Part shown: positions 19,085-29,720 of the stretch, in pieces
How positions within the stretch are numbered: the stretch's first letter is position 1
How the letters are laid out: each line of letters begins with the position of its first letter
Assembly: GCA_041179365.1 (NCBI GenBank)
Contig: JBEGTP010000132.1
Location: forward strand, 1 to 45,091
DNA from: Pseudomonadota bacterium
GTDB lineage: Bacteria; Pseudomonadota; Alphaproteobacteria; Sphingomonadales; Sphingomonadaceae
Reading direction: 5' to 3'
Length of the DNA stretch: 45,091 nt
Made by a program: the position numbers and the translations under genes
Notes under the pieces: model-generated
The model's database searches: none
The model's input: the letters and a program-made list of their open reading frames with translations, nothing else
Told to the model about the DNA's origin: nothing

Positions 19085-20075
19085 GCCGAGGATCCTTTTC
19101 GCTTTGATCATGCGCGCTCGGGTTTGCGGGCGCAAGACGCACCGCGAGCCAAGCAGAAACAATGAGCTGCAACTGATGATAGAGCATGAGTGGTACAATG
19201 ATTAATCCAGCCGTCGCACCGGGAAAGAGAATGCGCGCCATGGGTGCGCCCGTCGCAAGGCTCTTGTGGGCACCAGAAAAGAGTAAGGTGATCCGGTCTT
19301 GTCGGCTGAACCCCAGCGACCGGCCCAACAGCCAGCAACTTGCGAGCGCAGCCGCGAGGAGCAGAAGGACAAAAGCAACCAGCGCCGCCATATCGCGCGC
19401 GCGAAGCTGACCCCAAATCCCATCATTCGCGGCCGCACTAAAGGCGACATAAAGCGTGAGCATAATCGTCAGCTTATCCAAGCGCCCCAGCCAAGCTTTG
19501 TGGCGCAAGGCCCAGGCGCCAAGCCAACGCTGCGCAATTTGCCCAAGCGCGAACGGCGCGAGCAGCAACGATGCAATCTTCGCGACCCCGCCCAAGCCCA
19601 TTGCGACGCCGCCAAAATGGGCCAGCGCTGAAAACAGGAGCGGTGTCAGAATGACCGCGATGAGGTTCGAAGTCGCCGACCCAATAATCGACGCCGCTAC
19701 ATTGCCCCCAGCAACTGAAGACGACGCAATCGAGGCCTGCACCGTTGACGGCAGAACACACAGGAAAAAGATACCGACCCAGAGCGCGGGGCTGAGCAAT
19801 CCGGGCCAGGCGATCGATGCGCTCAGCCCAAGGAGCGGCACTATGCCGAAGGTACAAAGGAGAATCGCAAGCTGCAACCGCCAGTGGCGTACACCCTCCA
19901 GAACAGCGCCATGCGCGAGCCTCAAACCGTGGAGAAAAAAGAGCAGAAAGATCGCGCTATTCGACACAGTGCCTGCCACTGCAAGGCCTCGGCCTTGCGC
20001 TGGGAAAAGTGAGGCACCGAGCACGACAGACAAAAGGAGAAGGATGAACGGATCAGGCAAAAGGCGCTTAAGCAT
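19077..20075 (-). CDS. Bile acid:sodium symporter family (YfeH-like) transporter
   Basis: DPFILLL, LFFLHGLRL, LPSTVQAS, AGGNVA, KSLATGAPMA, PLMLYHQLQL. Confidence 0.92.
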   Translation of the reverse strand: MLKRLLPDPFILLLLSVVLGASLFPAQGRGLAVAGTVSNSAIFLLFFLHGLRLAHGAVLEGVRHWRLQLAILLCTFGIVPLLGLSASIAWPGLLSPALWVGIFFLCVLPSTVQASIASSSVAGGNVAASIIGSATSNLIAVILTPLLFSALAHFGGVAMGLGGVAKIASLLLAPFALGQIAQRWLGAWALRHKAWLGRLDKLTIMLTLYVAFSAAANDGIWGQLRARDMAALVAFVLLLLAAALASCWLLGRSLGFSRQDRITLLFSGAHKSLATGAPMARILFPGATAGLIIVPLMLYHQLQLIVSAWLAVRLAPANPSAHDQSEKDPRHA

Positions 20076-20228
20076 GGCGCTGTGTGGCCGACTCGGTGAA
20101 AATGAGCAAGGCGGCGCGCACCATTCTACCGGCTCCGCAGCGGTCTCTTGCCCGCTTCACTTGCCGCACGACGCAATTCCCGCTAAGGGCGCGGCGAACA
20201 AACATTTTCAGACAATCGAGTATTTACA

Positions 20229-22064
20229 ATGAGCCTCCGCAATGTGGCCATAATCGCGCACGTCGATCATGGCAAAACAACCCTTGTTGACCAACTGTTT
20301 CGGCAGTCGGGAACGTTTCGCGACAATCAGCGGATTGAAGAGCGGGCGATGGATTCGAACGATCTTGAAAAAGAACGCGGGATCACGATCCTTGCAAAAT
20401 GTACGTCAGTCGAATGGGATGACCATCACGGCACCAAAACGCGCATCAACATTGTTGATACGCCCGGGCACGCCGATTTCGGTGGCGAAGTTGAGCGAAT
20501 CCTGTCGATGGTTGACGGTGTGATTTTGTTGGTCGATGCCTCTGAAGGCGCAATGCCGCAGACCAAATTTGTCACCGGTAAAGCGCTTGCGCTCGGCCTC
20601 AAGCCAATTGTCGTCGTGAATAAGGTCGATCGGCCTGATGAGCGCATTCAAGAAGTGCTTGATGAGGTTTTCGATCTCTTCGTGAGTCTCGAAGCGACCG
20701 ACGAGCAGCTCGACTTTCCAGTTCTCTACGCGTCAGGTCGCAATGGCTATGCGAGCCTTGATCCCAGTGCGCGCGAAGGCACGCTGACGCCCATGTTTGA
20801 GACCATTGTCAGCCATGTGCCAGAACCTTCGGCCGATCCTGACGGACCTTTCAAGTTCCTCGTCACATTGCTCGACCGCGATAATTTTCTGGGCCGCATC
20901 CTAACCGGGCTTGTTTTCAGCGGCTCGGTCAAGACAAACCAAGCGATCCACGCGCTCGACCCCGATGGCAAGATCGTCGAGACGGGCCGTGCATCCAAGA
21001 TCATGGCGTTTCGCGGGCTTGAGCGGATGCCCGTCGATGAGGCGAATGCGGGCGACATTATTTCGATTGCCGGCCTCACTGTTGCGACGGTGGCGAACAC
21101 GATTTGCGATACCAGTGTCAGCGAACCACTCCATGCGCAACCCATTGATCCACCTACACTTTCTATGCGTTTTGCAGTCAATGATTCGCCCATGGCTGGC
21201 CGCGAGGGGAGCAAAGTCACAAGCCGGATGATCCGTGATCGGTTGACCCGCGAGGCTGAATCAAACGTTGCGATCAAGGTTACAGAAAGCGACGACCGCG
21301 ATAGTTTTGAAGTGGCGGGGCGGGGCGAGCTCCAGCTTGGCGTGCTCATCGAAACGATGCGGCGTGAAGGCTTTGAACTCAGCATTTCGCGCCCGCGCGT
21401 GCTTTTCCGCGAAGATGAAGCCGGCGCGAAGACGGAGCCCTATGAAACGGTCGTTATCGATGTTGACGATGAATATACCGGCACTGTGATCGACAAAATG
21501 GCAATCCGTAAGGCCGAGATGACGGATATGCGTCCGTCAGGTGGCGGCAAGACGCGGATCAGCTTTTCAGCGCCTTCGCGGGGGTTGATCGGCTATCACG
21601 GCGAGTTTCTGTCAGACACGCGCGGCACGGGGATTATGAACCGGCTGTTTGAAAAATATGATGGCCACAAGGGTCGGATTGAAGGCCGCAAAAACGGCGT
21701 GCTGATCTCAAACGGGAGCGGTGAATCCAATGCTTATGCCTTGGGCTTTCTTGAAGAGCGCGGCATTCTCATGGTCGCACCGCAAGAGCCGCTTTATGAA
21801 GGCATGATCATCGGCGAAAACGCCAAGACCGATGATCTTGAAGTCAACCCGATGAAGGCCAAACAGCTCACCAACTTCCGCGCGAGCGGCGGCAAGGATG
21901 ACGCCATCCGCCTTACACCGCCGTGGAAAATGACGCTGGAGCAGGCGATTGCCTATATCGACGACGACGAGCTCGTGGAGGTAACGCCAAAGTCAATCCG
22001 GCTGCGCAAGCGCTATCTCGACCCACATGAGCGCAAAAAGGCAAGCCGCGCGAAGGTTGCTTAA
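20229..22064 (+). CDS. typA: Translational GTPase TypA/BipA
   Basis: [50 protein letters not shown]. Confidence 0.99.
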   Translation: MSLRNVAIIAHVDHGKTTLVDQLFRQSGTFRDNQRIEERAMDSNDLEKERGITILAKCTSVEWDDHHGTKTRINIVDTPGHADFGGEVERILSMVDGVILLVDASEGAMPQTKFVTGKALALGLKPIVVVNKVDRPDERIQEVLDEVFDLFVSLEATDEQLDFPVLYASGRNGYASLDPSAREGTLTPMFETIVSHVPEPSADPDGPFKFLVTLLDRDNFLGRILTGLVFSGSVKTNQAIHALDPDGKIVETGRASKIMAFRGLERMPVDEANAGDIISIAGLTVATVANTICDTSVSEPLHAQPIDPPTLSMRFAVNDSPMAGREGSKVTSRMIRDRLTREAESNVAIKVTESDDRDSFEVAGRGELQLGVLIETMRREGFELSISRPRVLFREDEAGAKTEPYETVVIDVDDEYTGTVIDKMAIRKAEMTDMRPSGGGKTRISFSAPSRGLIGYHGEFLSDTRGTGIMNRLFEKYDGHKGRIEGRKNGVLISNGSGESNAYALGFLEERGILMVAPQEPLYEGMIIGENAKTDDLEVNPMKAKQLTNFRASGGKDDAIRLTPPWKMTLEQAIAYIDDDELVEVTPKSIRLRKRYLDPHERKKASRAKVA

Positions 22065-22097
22065 CAACCTCAGAGCTGTGCAGAAAGCGCGTGCGCC

Positions 22098-22655
22098 ATG
22101 GCAAAGCTGATCCTCTTCAATAAGCCCTACGGCGTGTTGCCGCAGTTTACGGATACGGATCAGCCTAGCGCGCCACGCGCGACGCTTGCAGATTATATTG
22201 CGTGTCCCGGCGTCTATCCGGCGGGGCGGCTTGACCGCGATAGCGAAGGGCTGATGCTGCTCACCGATGATGGCAGGCTCCAGGCGCGGATTGCAGATCC
22301 TAAATTCAAACTGCCGAAAGCCTATCTCGTTCACGTCGAAGGTGAAGTGACCGAAGCGAACCTCGCGCTCCTTCGCCGCGGCGTCGTATTGAAGGACGGT
22401 CTAACCCTGCCTGCAGAAGTAGAGCGCATCACCGCCCCCGCCCTCTGGCCCCGCGACCCTCCGATCCGGGTCCGCAAGACCGTACCCGATTGCTGGATCA
22501 AACTCACCCTGCGCGAAGGCCGCAACAGGCAGGTGCGCCGTATGACTGCTGCCGTGGGCCATCCAACCCTGCGACTGGTGCGCTGGTCCATCGGCGACTG
22601 GACGGTCATGGGCCTTTCTCCTGGCGATTGGCACGAGGCGCAGGCGCCGGTTTAG
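22098..22655 (+). CDS. rluE: rRNA pseudouridine synthase, RluE-like
   Basis: [52 protein letters not shown]. Confidence 0.88.
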   Translation: MAKLILFNKPYGVLPQFTDTDQPSAPRATLADYIACPGVYPAGRLDRDSEGLMLLTDDGRLQARIADPKFKLPKAYLVHVEGEVTEANLALLRRGVVLKDGLTLPAEVERITAPALWPRDPPIRVRKTVPDCWIKLTLREGRNRQVRRMTAAVGHPTLRLVRWSIGDWTVMGLSPGDWHEAQAPV

Positions 22656-22685
22656 GGGCAATTTTGAAGGCCGCTGCTCCGCCCC

Positions 22686-22862
22686 TCATACCAAACCTCT
22701 GACCGTGCGCTTTCCCTTGGTTCGGCTGGTCAGATGGTAGCGCTGGCAGCGGTCACACCGATAGGGTCTGAGCGGGATGCTGGACAATCGGGAGATGACC
22801 AGCGCATCGTCTTGGGTTTGAAAGCGTCTCTTTTTTGCGCAAATGCTCAGCCTTGTACGCAT
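22686..22862 (-). CDS. 58-aa basic Cys/His microprotein, putative zinc-binding
   Basis: Absent from the ORF track, whose shortest entries are 60 aa. MRTRLSICAKKRRFQTQDDALVISRLSSIPLRPYRCDRCQRYHLTSRTKGKRTVRGLV; GAGAGG RBS 5 nt before ATG; fills an otherwise empty intergenic gap. Confidence 0.75.
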   Translation of the reverse strand: MRTRLSICAKKRRFQTQDDALVISRLSSIPLRPYRCDRCQRYHLTSRTKGKRTVRGLV

Positions 22863-22962
22863 GAGCGCCTCTCGCTTCTGTGGTCTGGGCTCTGGCGCGG
22901 CGATTCTCCGCTAGCGCTGAGACAGTTGACGACGCACCCCCTTCTGAGGCAAGCGAACCTAC

Positions 22963-23223
22963 ATGACTGATACACCGCCAGACCGCCTTTCGATTGATCC
23001 TGATAGCCCGCATTTCAATGCTGATGTGCTACAACGCGGGATCGGCATCAAGTTTAAAGGCGTGCAGCGCCGCGATGTCGAGGAATACTCAATAGCCGAA
23101 GGCTGGATTCGCGTTCAGGCCGGCAAGACGCGGGATCGGCGCGGCAAGCCACTGACTCTCAAGCTGAACGGCGCAGTTGAGGCTTGGTTTGAAACCGGGA
23201 CCGAAGAGCCCGCTGAGGCCTGA
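22963..23223 (+). CDS. DUF3297 family protein
   Basis: PPDRLS.DP.SPHF...L.RGIGI.FKG....VEEY...EGWIRV..G...DR.G.PLT.KL.G.VE. Confidence 0.85.
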   Translation: MTDTPPDRLSIDPDSPHFNADVLQRGIGIKFKGVQRRDVEEYSIAEGWIRVQAGKTRDRRGKPLTLKLNGAVEAWFETGTEEPAEA

Positions 23224-23230
23224 GCCTAAG

Positions 23231-23890
23231 GTGGCACCGCTCGCTTTCGGCGGACACCGGTTTTATGTCGCAGGCAACACTGCGCTTGTTTGGCCGCATC
23301 GAGCAGCCATAATCGTGGCGGACCTCCACCTTGAGAAATCCAGCTGGTTTGCAGAGCGCGGCCAGATGCTCCCGCCGCATGATAGCCTTGCGACGCTTGA
23401 GCGGCTTGCCGCGCTCATAAAGGCGACACAGACAAGCGAGATCTGGTGTCTGGGCGACAATTTTCACGATGCGGCGGGGGCAATCCGGCTGGCGGGTACC
23501 GCGCGTGCCTTGCTTGGCCATCTCACCACGACTTGCGATTGGCATTGGATCACCGGTAATCATGACGAGCGCCTCCCCGCCTCAATTGGAGGAGCCATTT
23601 TGCCCGAGGCCGAAGTCGACGGTCTCGTCCTGCGACACCGTGCAGAGCCGCGCGACTCCCGCGCCGAACTATCGGGGCATTTTCATCCAAAGCACCGGGC
23701 CCGAACCAAGGCACGGGCGATAACACGGCCTTGCTTCATTCGCAGCGAGACAAAGCTGATCCTCCCTGCTTTTGGCAGCCTGACCGGTGGCCTTGCGAGC
23801 GATCATCCCGAGATTGGCGCGGCGGTCTCAAGACCCGCTGAAGCGCTGATCGCCGTGAAGGACACATTGCTGTGCTTTAAGTTGGCGTGA
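23231..23890 (+). CDS. pdeM: Ligase-associated DNA damage response metallophosphoesterase PdeM
   Basis: VADLHLEK, GQMLPPHDS, CLGDNFHD, WITGNHD, SGHFHPK, LPAFGSLTGG; GTG start at 23231. Confidence 0.88.
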   Translation: MAPLAFGGHRFYVAGNTALVWPHRAAIIVADLHLEKSSWFAERGQMLPPHDSLATLERLAALIKATQTSEIWCLGDNFHDAAGAIRLAGTARALLGHLTTTCDWHWITGNHDERLPASIGGAILPEAEVDGLVLRHRAEPRDSRAELSGHFHPKHRARTKARAITRPCFIRSETKLILPAFGSLTGGLASDHPEIGAAVSRPAEALIAVKDTLLCFKLA

Positions 23891-23899
23891 CTAAACGCG

Positions 23900-25180
23900 C
23901 TAAGCTGAGGTGAAGCGGATAGGTAAGCGCTTAAGGCCGCCAACAAAAACCGATTCGACGCGCGCGGGTTCGCCCGCGAGTTCGAGAGATTTGAGACGTG
24001 GTAGCAATTCTTCCATCAATATGCGCATTTCCATCCGTGCAAGATGCTGGCCAAGGCAGACATGCCCGCCGTAACCAAAGGCGACCTGGGCGTTGGGGGG
24101 TCGGTCTGGATTAAACACGAAGGGGTCTTCAAACACCGCCTCATCGCGGTTGCCGCTCGCGTAGCAGAGCATCAGCCAGTCGCCCTTGCTGATTCTTTGC
24201 CCGGCAAGCTCGGTATCTTCGGTCGCCGAGCGCATGAAGTGCTGCACTGGAGTCGTCCAGCGGATTGCCTCTTCGATCAACCCGGCCTTATCGGCTTCTG
24301 CCGAGCGGTAGCGTTCGAAAAGCGCGGGGTTTTTCGCAAGTTCCATGATGGCACCCGCCGTAGAGGCTGAGGTGGTATCGTGCCCCGCTGTGGCGATGAT
24401 CATATAATAGCCATTGAGTTCGCGGTCGGCGATGGGCGCACCGTTGACCGTCGCATTGGCTAGGATCGTTGCGATGTCGTCCTTGGGATTTTTTCGGCGA
24501 TCCTCAGTGATGGCTTTAAAATAGGACTCAAAATCCGCGATCACGAATTGGAGCATCTGCAAGCCCGCTTTCACATCGGTGATTTCAGCACGCGCGCGGT
24601 TCAGTTCAGGATCGGTCGGACCAAAGAGCTGCTGCGTGAGCATCAGCATCCGCGGCTCATCCTCGCGTGGCACACCCAGAATATTCATGATCACCCGCAA
24701 CGGATAATCGACCGCAATGTCGCGCGCAAAATCACACTCGCCCTCTTTGGCGAGCATCGCGTCCACCGTTTCGCGCGCAATCTCGCGAATGCGCGCCTCA
24801 ATGCCTCTCAAGTTTTTGGGCATGAACCAGCTCTGCGTCAGCAGGCGGTATTTCATATGATCAGGCGCATCCATTTGAACGAGCGAGCGGATCAGATGCC
24901 CATCATTATTCGGTGTTTGTGTCCGCGCGAGGACATCGATTTCGCGCTGCGTAAGCGTCGCCTGCCGCTCGCCCGACGCATAGAGCTTATTATTGCGGCT
25001 AATTTCGAGAATATCCGCGTGGCGCGTGACAGCCCAAAAGGGGTCAAACTCTTCAGTCTTGGCTAAGCCGAGCGGCATGTTCGCGCGCGCCCAAGAAAAT
25101 TTGTCATGCAAGCCGTCCCATTCGCCATAAGCTTTTGGATTGACGAGCGCGTCTGCAATCTCGGCAGGTAGGGTTTGCAT
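23900..25180 (-). CDS. Cytochrome P450, CYP108-like
   Basis: IATAGHDTT I-helix, EAIR (ExxR), FGYGGHVCLG heme motif; the N-terminus recalls P450terp/CYP108. Confidence 0.92.
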   Translation of the reverse strand: MQTLPAEIADALVNPKAYGEWDGLHDKFSWARANMPLGLAKTEEFDPFWAVTRHADILEISRNNKLYASGERQATLTQREIDVLARTQTPNNDGHLIRSLVQMDAPDHMKYRLLTQSWFMPKNLRGIEARIREIARETVDAMLAKEGECDFARDIAVDYPLRVIMNILGVPREDEPRMLMLTQQLFGPTDPELNRARAEITDVKAGLQMLQFVIADFESYFKAITEDRRKNPKDDIATILANATVNGAPIADRELNGYYMIIATAGHDTTSASTAGAIMELAKNPALFERYRSAEADKAGLIEEAIRWTTPVQHFMRSATEDTELAGQRISKGDWLMLCYASGNRDEAVFEDPFVFNPDRPPNAQVAFGYGGHVCLGQHLARMEMRILMEELLPRLKSLELAGEPARVESVFVGGLKRLPIRFTSA

Positions 25181-25231
25181 ATCACTCTCCAGTTTTTGTT
25201 CGCCGCAGGATTGGGGAGAATGACGGCGAGA

Positions 25232-25573
25232 TCAAGGCTTGATTTGCGGCGCGCGCCAAGAGGACCAGGCGATGCACAACCATGCAGCGATCATCAGAAT
25301 GCCGCCGAACGGCGTAACCGCGCCCAGCCAGCGCGGCCCCCCGAGCGCCATCGCGTAAAGCGATGCGGAAAATATTGTCGCACCGAGCAGCATCAGCCGC
25401 GCCGCGCGGGGGTGTTCACCCGTGAGCAAAAGGCACGCTAAAGCATGCGTAAGCGCGTAGAATGCGCCAGTCTTTGCCCAATCGGCAAAAGGCGCACCTA
25501 ACCCATGTGCGCCAAAGGCCCCTGCTGTGATGGCGAGCGCTGCTGTGAGCGCGGCAAGCGGCTCAAGCTTCAC
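25232..25573 (-). CDS. DUF423 (YgdD/TMEM256) membrane protein
   Basis: GAFGAHG, IFSASLY, LGAVTPFGG..MI..W. Confidence 0.9.
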   Translation of the reverse strand: MKLEPLAALTAALAITAGAFGAHGLGAPFADWAKTGAFYALTHALACLLLTGEHPRAARLMLLGATIFSASLYAMALGGPRWLGAVTPFGGILMIAAWLCIAWSSWRAPQIKP

Positions 25574-25600
25574 AGGAGCGCCTTGCGACCTACGCCCATG

Positions 25601-27160
25601 CTATTTGAACAAACCGCCAAGCAGCCCGCGAATGAGCGACCGACCGAGGCTGCCCGTGAGTTGGCGACCCACTTGCGAGGCGGCAGACCGCGCTGCAGAT
25701 TGCAACATCTTCTCGCCCATGCCTGGCTTGGCATCTTCCTTTGCCTGACGCGCGGCTTCTTTGGCGGCGACAGCGTCGAGCTTAGCCTGTTCCTTGGCGG
25801 CAAGTGCGGCTTGCTTTGCAGCGCCCTCTTCGGCCTCTTCAGCGTCTTTTGCGGCCGCGGCTTGTGCACCCTTGGCTTGCAGAATTTCCTCTGCGGACTC
25901 GCGGTCGATTAGATCATCATATTTCTTGCCAATGGCGTCGGTCGACACCATGATTCCGCGCTCCTGCGGGGTCAGTGGGCCAGTCCGTGAATGCGGCGGC
26001 TTGATAAGGGTGCGTTCGACCGGCGTTGGCGATCCATCGGCCTGCAGAACAGACACAAGCGCCTCGCCTACCTTGAGTTCGATGATGGCCGTAGCGACGT
26101 CAACATCAGGATTGGCACGGAACGTATCTGCCGCAGCTCGGATCGCCTTTTCGTCCTTTGGCGTAAAAGCCCGCAACGCATGCTGCACGCGGTTCGAAAG
26201 TTGCCCCGCCACCGTTTCAGGAATGTCGATTGGGTTTTGTGTGATAAAGTAAATGCCAACGCCTTTTGAGCGGATCAGGCGGACGACCTGTTCCACCTTT
26301 TCGACAAGCGCCTTAGGCGCATCGTTGAAGAGGAGGTGCGCTTCATCAAAGAAGAAAACGAGTTTGGGCTTATCAGGGTCGCCAACTTCGGGGAGGGTTT
26401 CGAATAGCTCTGACATGAGCCAGAGGAGAAAGGTCGAGTAGAGCTTGGGGCTCTGCATCAGCTTGTCAGCGGCAAGGATGTTCAACATCCCGCGGCCCTT
26501 GTCGTCCGTCGTCATGAAATCCGCGAGATCGAGCGCGGGTTCGCCGAAGAAATGCTCGCCGCCCTGGCTGCGGAGTTGAAGCAGCGAGCGCTGGATCGTC
26601 CCAACGCTTTGCGCCGAAACATTGCCGTAAACCGTTGTGAGTTCATCGGCGCGTTCAGCGATGTTGACAAGCATGGCTTGCAGATCGTCGAGATCGAGCA
26701 GCATCAGCCCTTCTTTGTCTGCAACGTGGAAGGCAATGGTGAGCACGCCCTCTTGGACCTCATTAAGATCCATCAGTCGCGAGAGGAGAAGCGGGCCCAT
26801 TTCAGAGATTGTGGTGCGGATCGGATGACCTTGCTCGCCAAACAAATCCCAAAATTGAACTGGATTATCGCCGTAAGCCCAGTCGGTATCGCCAATTTCA
26901 GCAGCGCGCGCGACAAAGATTTCATGGTTCTTCTGCAAGGCGGAGCCAGCCATCGCCATGCCCGAAAGATCGCCCTTCACATCCGAGATAAAGACCGGGA
27001 CACCGTTGCGTGAAAAGCCCTCGGCCATCACTTGGAGCGTGATCGTCTTACCCGTGCCCGTCGCGCCAGCAATCATCCCGTGGCGGTTGGCGCGCTTCCA
27101 ATTGATAACCTGCCGTGCGCCTGCTGCGCTGGTGCCGATAAAGAGACCGTCATCCGCCAT
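25601..27160 (-). CDS. YjgR/DUF853 HerA-like ATPase
   Basis: [59 protein letters not shown] tail. Confidence 0.92.
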   Translation of the reverse strand: MADDGLFIGTSAAGARQVINWKRANRHGMIAGATGTGKTITLQVMAEGFSRNGVPVFISDVKGDLSGMAMAGSALQKNHEIFVARAAEIGDTDWAYGDNPVQFWDLFGEQGHPIRTTISEMGPLLLSRLMDLNEVQEGVLTIAFHVADKEGLMLLDLDDLQAMLVNIAERADELTTVYGNVSAQSVGTIQRSLLQLRSQGGEHFFGEPALDLADFMTTDDKGRGMLNILAADKLMQSPKLYSTFLLWLMSELFETLPEVGDPDKPKLVFFFDEAHLLFNDAPKALVEKVEQVVRLIRSKGVGIYFITQNPIDIPETVAGQLSNRVQHALRAFTPKDEKAIRAAADTFRANPDVDVATAIIELKVGEALVSVLQADGSPTPVERTLIKPPHSRTGPLTPQERGIMVSTDAIGKKYDDLIDRESAEEILQAKGAQAAAAKDAEEAEEGAAKQAALAAKEQAKLDAVAAKEAARQAKEDAKPGMGEKMLQSAARSAASQVGRQLTGSLGRSLIRGLLGGLFK

Positions 27161-27243
27161 TTTCTATGCTCCAAAAAAACTCTCCCACGCTGCATAGTCT
27201 GCGGCGCGGGAGAGTCAAAAGGATGTTGCGCGCAGAGAAGCGC

Positions 27244-28761
27244 TTATTCGCTTAGCTGGACTGCGACTTGAATCGAGGGGGTGCCTTGCCGCCGCACTTC
27301 GAGGATCAGTGCGGACCGACCGAGCTTTTTTGCCGCCTGGATTTGTTCAATCAGCGCCGCTGGCGTTGCAACGGGCTTGAAGTTTGCGGCCATGATCACA
27401 TCGCCTCGGCGAAACCCGATCTCTGCGGCGTCTGATGCAGGCAAGACCGCGTCGATCACAACGCCCTTTGTCGCTGGATCAATGCCAATATCAGATGCAA
27501 TTTCAGAGGTGAGCGGGATAACCGAAAAGCCTAGCGTTTCGCGGACATATTTTAGCGTGCCAGCCTTGCCATCATCCTCTTTGTTAAAGGGTTTATTCTC
27601 CTTTGGATCGAAGCCGCGCGCCGCCGCGAGCTTGTCCTCCGTGGGACGGGTACCAACGGTTGCGGAAAGCGTCATCGCCTTGCCATCGCGGATGATGTCG
27701 AGCGGAACTTTCGTTCCCGGATGGATATTGGCAACGATGTAGGAGAGAGTTTGCTGGGGCGAGACATCACGACCATTGACCTTAATGACCACGTCTCCCG
27801 GCTTTAATCCGGCTTGAGCTGCGGCTTGTCCCGGCTCAACTTGCTGAATAATCTCGCCGTGGTTTTTTGGCAGGCCAAAGGCCGCTGCAACGCGGTCATC
27901 AACCGGCGCAATGCCAATCCCGAGATAACCACGGGACACTGTTTTGCCGTTCTTGAGCGACTCAACGATCGAAATCGCTGATTCGGCCGGAATCGCAAAA
28001 TTGATGCCGACATTAGCGCCGACCGGGGAAATCAGACGATTGTTGATCCCAATCACGCGACCGTTGAGATCAAAAAGCGGCCCGCCCGAATTGCCCTGAT
28101 TGATCGCGGTATCAGTCTGGATGAAGCGATCATACGCGCCGCCTTGGCCGGTATTGCGCTGAAGGGCGGAAACAATGCCTGCCGTCACCGTACTGCCAAG
28201 GCTAAAGGGGTTGCCAATGGCGACCACCCAGTCGCCGACACGGACTTTGGTTGAATCACCAAATTCAACGAAGGGGAGGCCCGTCGCGTCAATCTTAAGG
28301 ACAGCCAAATCTGAGGCTTGGTCGCGGCCGATGATCGCCGCCTTATAATCACGTCCGTCGGTGAGGCGAACCGTCACGGTATCGACCAGCTGCGCCCCGT
28401 CTTCGCCACTCGTGATGACGTGATTGTTGGTGACAATATAGCCGTCGGTTGAAATGAGAAAGCCCGAGCCTCCGCCTTCTTGTTTCCGAACAACAGGAGA
28501 CTGCCCTCCGGTCGAGGGATCAAAGCTGGTGCCAACTTGAACCTTTTGCCGCGTTGTGATGTTAACCACCGCTGGCTGGAGCTTTGCGACCAGATCCGCA
28601 AAACTCATCGGCGCGCCGGGGCGCGGTGCCGTTGTTAAGGCCGACACTGAGGCGGCAGCTTCAACACGGTCTGATTGTGAGGCTGCGGGGGATTGGAAAG
28701 CAAGCGTTGCAGCGGTGCCGCCCAGAAGCAAAGCGGCCGTAATTCCATAAGCATAGCGCAC
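27244..28761 (-). CDS. degP: Do/DegP-family serine endoprotease with two PDZ domains
   Basis: GSGF, TNNHV, DLAVLK, QTDTAINQGNSGGPL; AAGGAG RBS; follows hflKC. Confidence 0.92.
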   Translation of the reverse strand: MRYAYGITAALLLGGTAATLAFQSPAASQSDRVEAAASVSALTTAPRPGAPMSFADLVAKLQPAVVNITTRQKVQVGTSFDPSTGGQSPVVRKQEGGGSGFLISTDGYIVTNNHVITSGEDGAQLVDTVTVRLTDGRDYKAAIIGRDQASDLAVLKIDATGLPFVEFGDSTKVRVGDWVVAIGNPFSLGSTVTAGIVSALQRNTGQGGAYDRFIQTDTAINQGNSGGPLFDLNGRVIGINNRLISPVGANVGINFAIPAESAISIVESLKNGKTVSRGYLGIGIAPVDDRVAAAFGLPKNHGEIIQQVEPGQAAAQAGLKPGDVVIKVNGRDVSPQQTLSYIVANIHPGTKVPLDIIRDGKAMTLSATVGTRPTEDKLAAARGFDPKENKPFNKEDDGKAGTLKYVRETLGFSVIPLTSEIASDIGIDPATKGVVIDAVLPASDAAEIGFRRGDVIMAANFKPVATPAALIEQIQAAKKLGRSALILEVRRQGTPSIQVAVQLSE

Positions 28762-28856
28762 CGGAAATTCTCCTTCAGATTATAGGTTCAAAATCATCGA
28801 CTACAAATGTAATCAAAGTTTTCTGAACCTCAATTGAACGCGCCGCCCTTGGCGGT

Positions 28857-29720
28857 TCAATTTCCGCCCCCGCGAAACTCCCGCAGATAATCATTCCCCG
28901 GAGAGAGAATGATGCTCGTCTGCGCCTTGGGGTTTTTGGGATCAGTCGAGATAAAGGTTTGCCGATATGACTGCATTGCCCGGTAGAAATCATAGAAGCT
29001 CGGGTCTTTTCCAAAGCTTGCGGCGTAGACTTTGGCGGCCTCTGCATCGGCATTGGCGCGGATAACCTGCGATTCGCGCCAGCCTTCGGCCCGCAGTGTG
29101 TCGGCTTCAAGCTTGCGCGCCGTACGCATCCGCTCAAAAGCCGAATTGCGCGGGGTGCCCTCAGGGAGCTCAGCGCGCTTGATCCGCACATCGATCACTT
29201 CGACACCGTATTGGCTCGCGGTCAAATTGAGCCCCTTGCGAATATTATTCATCACGGCTCCGCGCTCTGGGCTGAGCAGTGCAGCAAAGGATTGTTTGCC
29301 CAATTCGTTGCGCAAAGCCGAACCAAGGAGCGGACGGAGCTGCTCGTTGAGCCTTTTTTCCGTCCGCGCCGTGCGGTACATCCGCAGCGGATCTACAATG
29401 CGGTAGCGAGCATAAGCATCAACTTGGAGCCGGAGCTGGTCAGTGGAAAGAACCTCCTGCGAATCCATATCGACAGACATCACGCGCTTATCGATCCACG
29501 CAACCTGCTCGGCAAAAGGAATGCGCGCATAAAGGCCGGCACCAGAAGCGCCAATAGCTTCCCCCACCTTATAGCGATTGATGATCCGCACTGGCTCCCC
29601 AAAGCGAACAACGACGCCTTGCCGTGTCTCAGGAACAAACGACAGCGTCGAGCCGATCACCACCAGAACGCCCAGCAGGGCAAAAATGAGCCGCGTCGGG
29701 CTTGACAAAAAGCGGTCCAT
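28857..29720 (-). CDS. hflC: FtsH modulator HflC
   Basis: SPFH domain, VDAYARYRIVDP, DVRIKR, FYDFYRAMQSY. Confidence 0.95.
   Translation of the reverse strand: MDRFLSSPTRLIFALLGVLVVIGSTLSFVPETRQGVVVRFGEPVRIINRYKVGEAIGASGAGLYARIPFAEQVAWIDKRVMSVDMDSQEVLSTDQLRLQVDAYARYRIVDPLRMYRTARTEKRLNEQLRPLLGSALRNELGKQSFAALLSPERGAVMNNIRKGLNLTASQYGVEVIDVRIKRAELPEGTPRNSAFERMRTARKLEADTLRAEGWRESQVIRANADAEAAKVYAASFGKDPSFYDFYRAMQSYRQTFISTDPKNPKAQTSIILSPGNDYLREFRGGGN

Noticed and set aside
22669-22754. Long imperfect hairpin (GGCCGCTGC/GCAGCGGTC, TACCA/TGGTA, TCTGACC/GGTCAGA) suggesting an ncRNA
   Set aside because: It lies mostly within the 58-aa ORF, which explains the region better. It could still help termination between convergent genes, but nothing supports a separate RNA gene.
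25601-27160. HerA-like ATPase as an anti-phage system
   Set aside because: The motifs match the widespread YjgR/DUF853 family, and there is no Sir2, NurA or other nuclease partner alongside.
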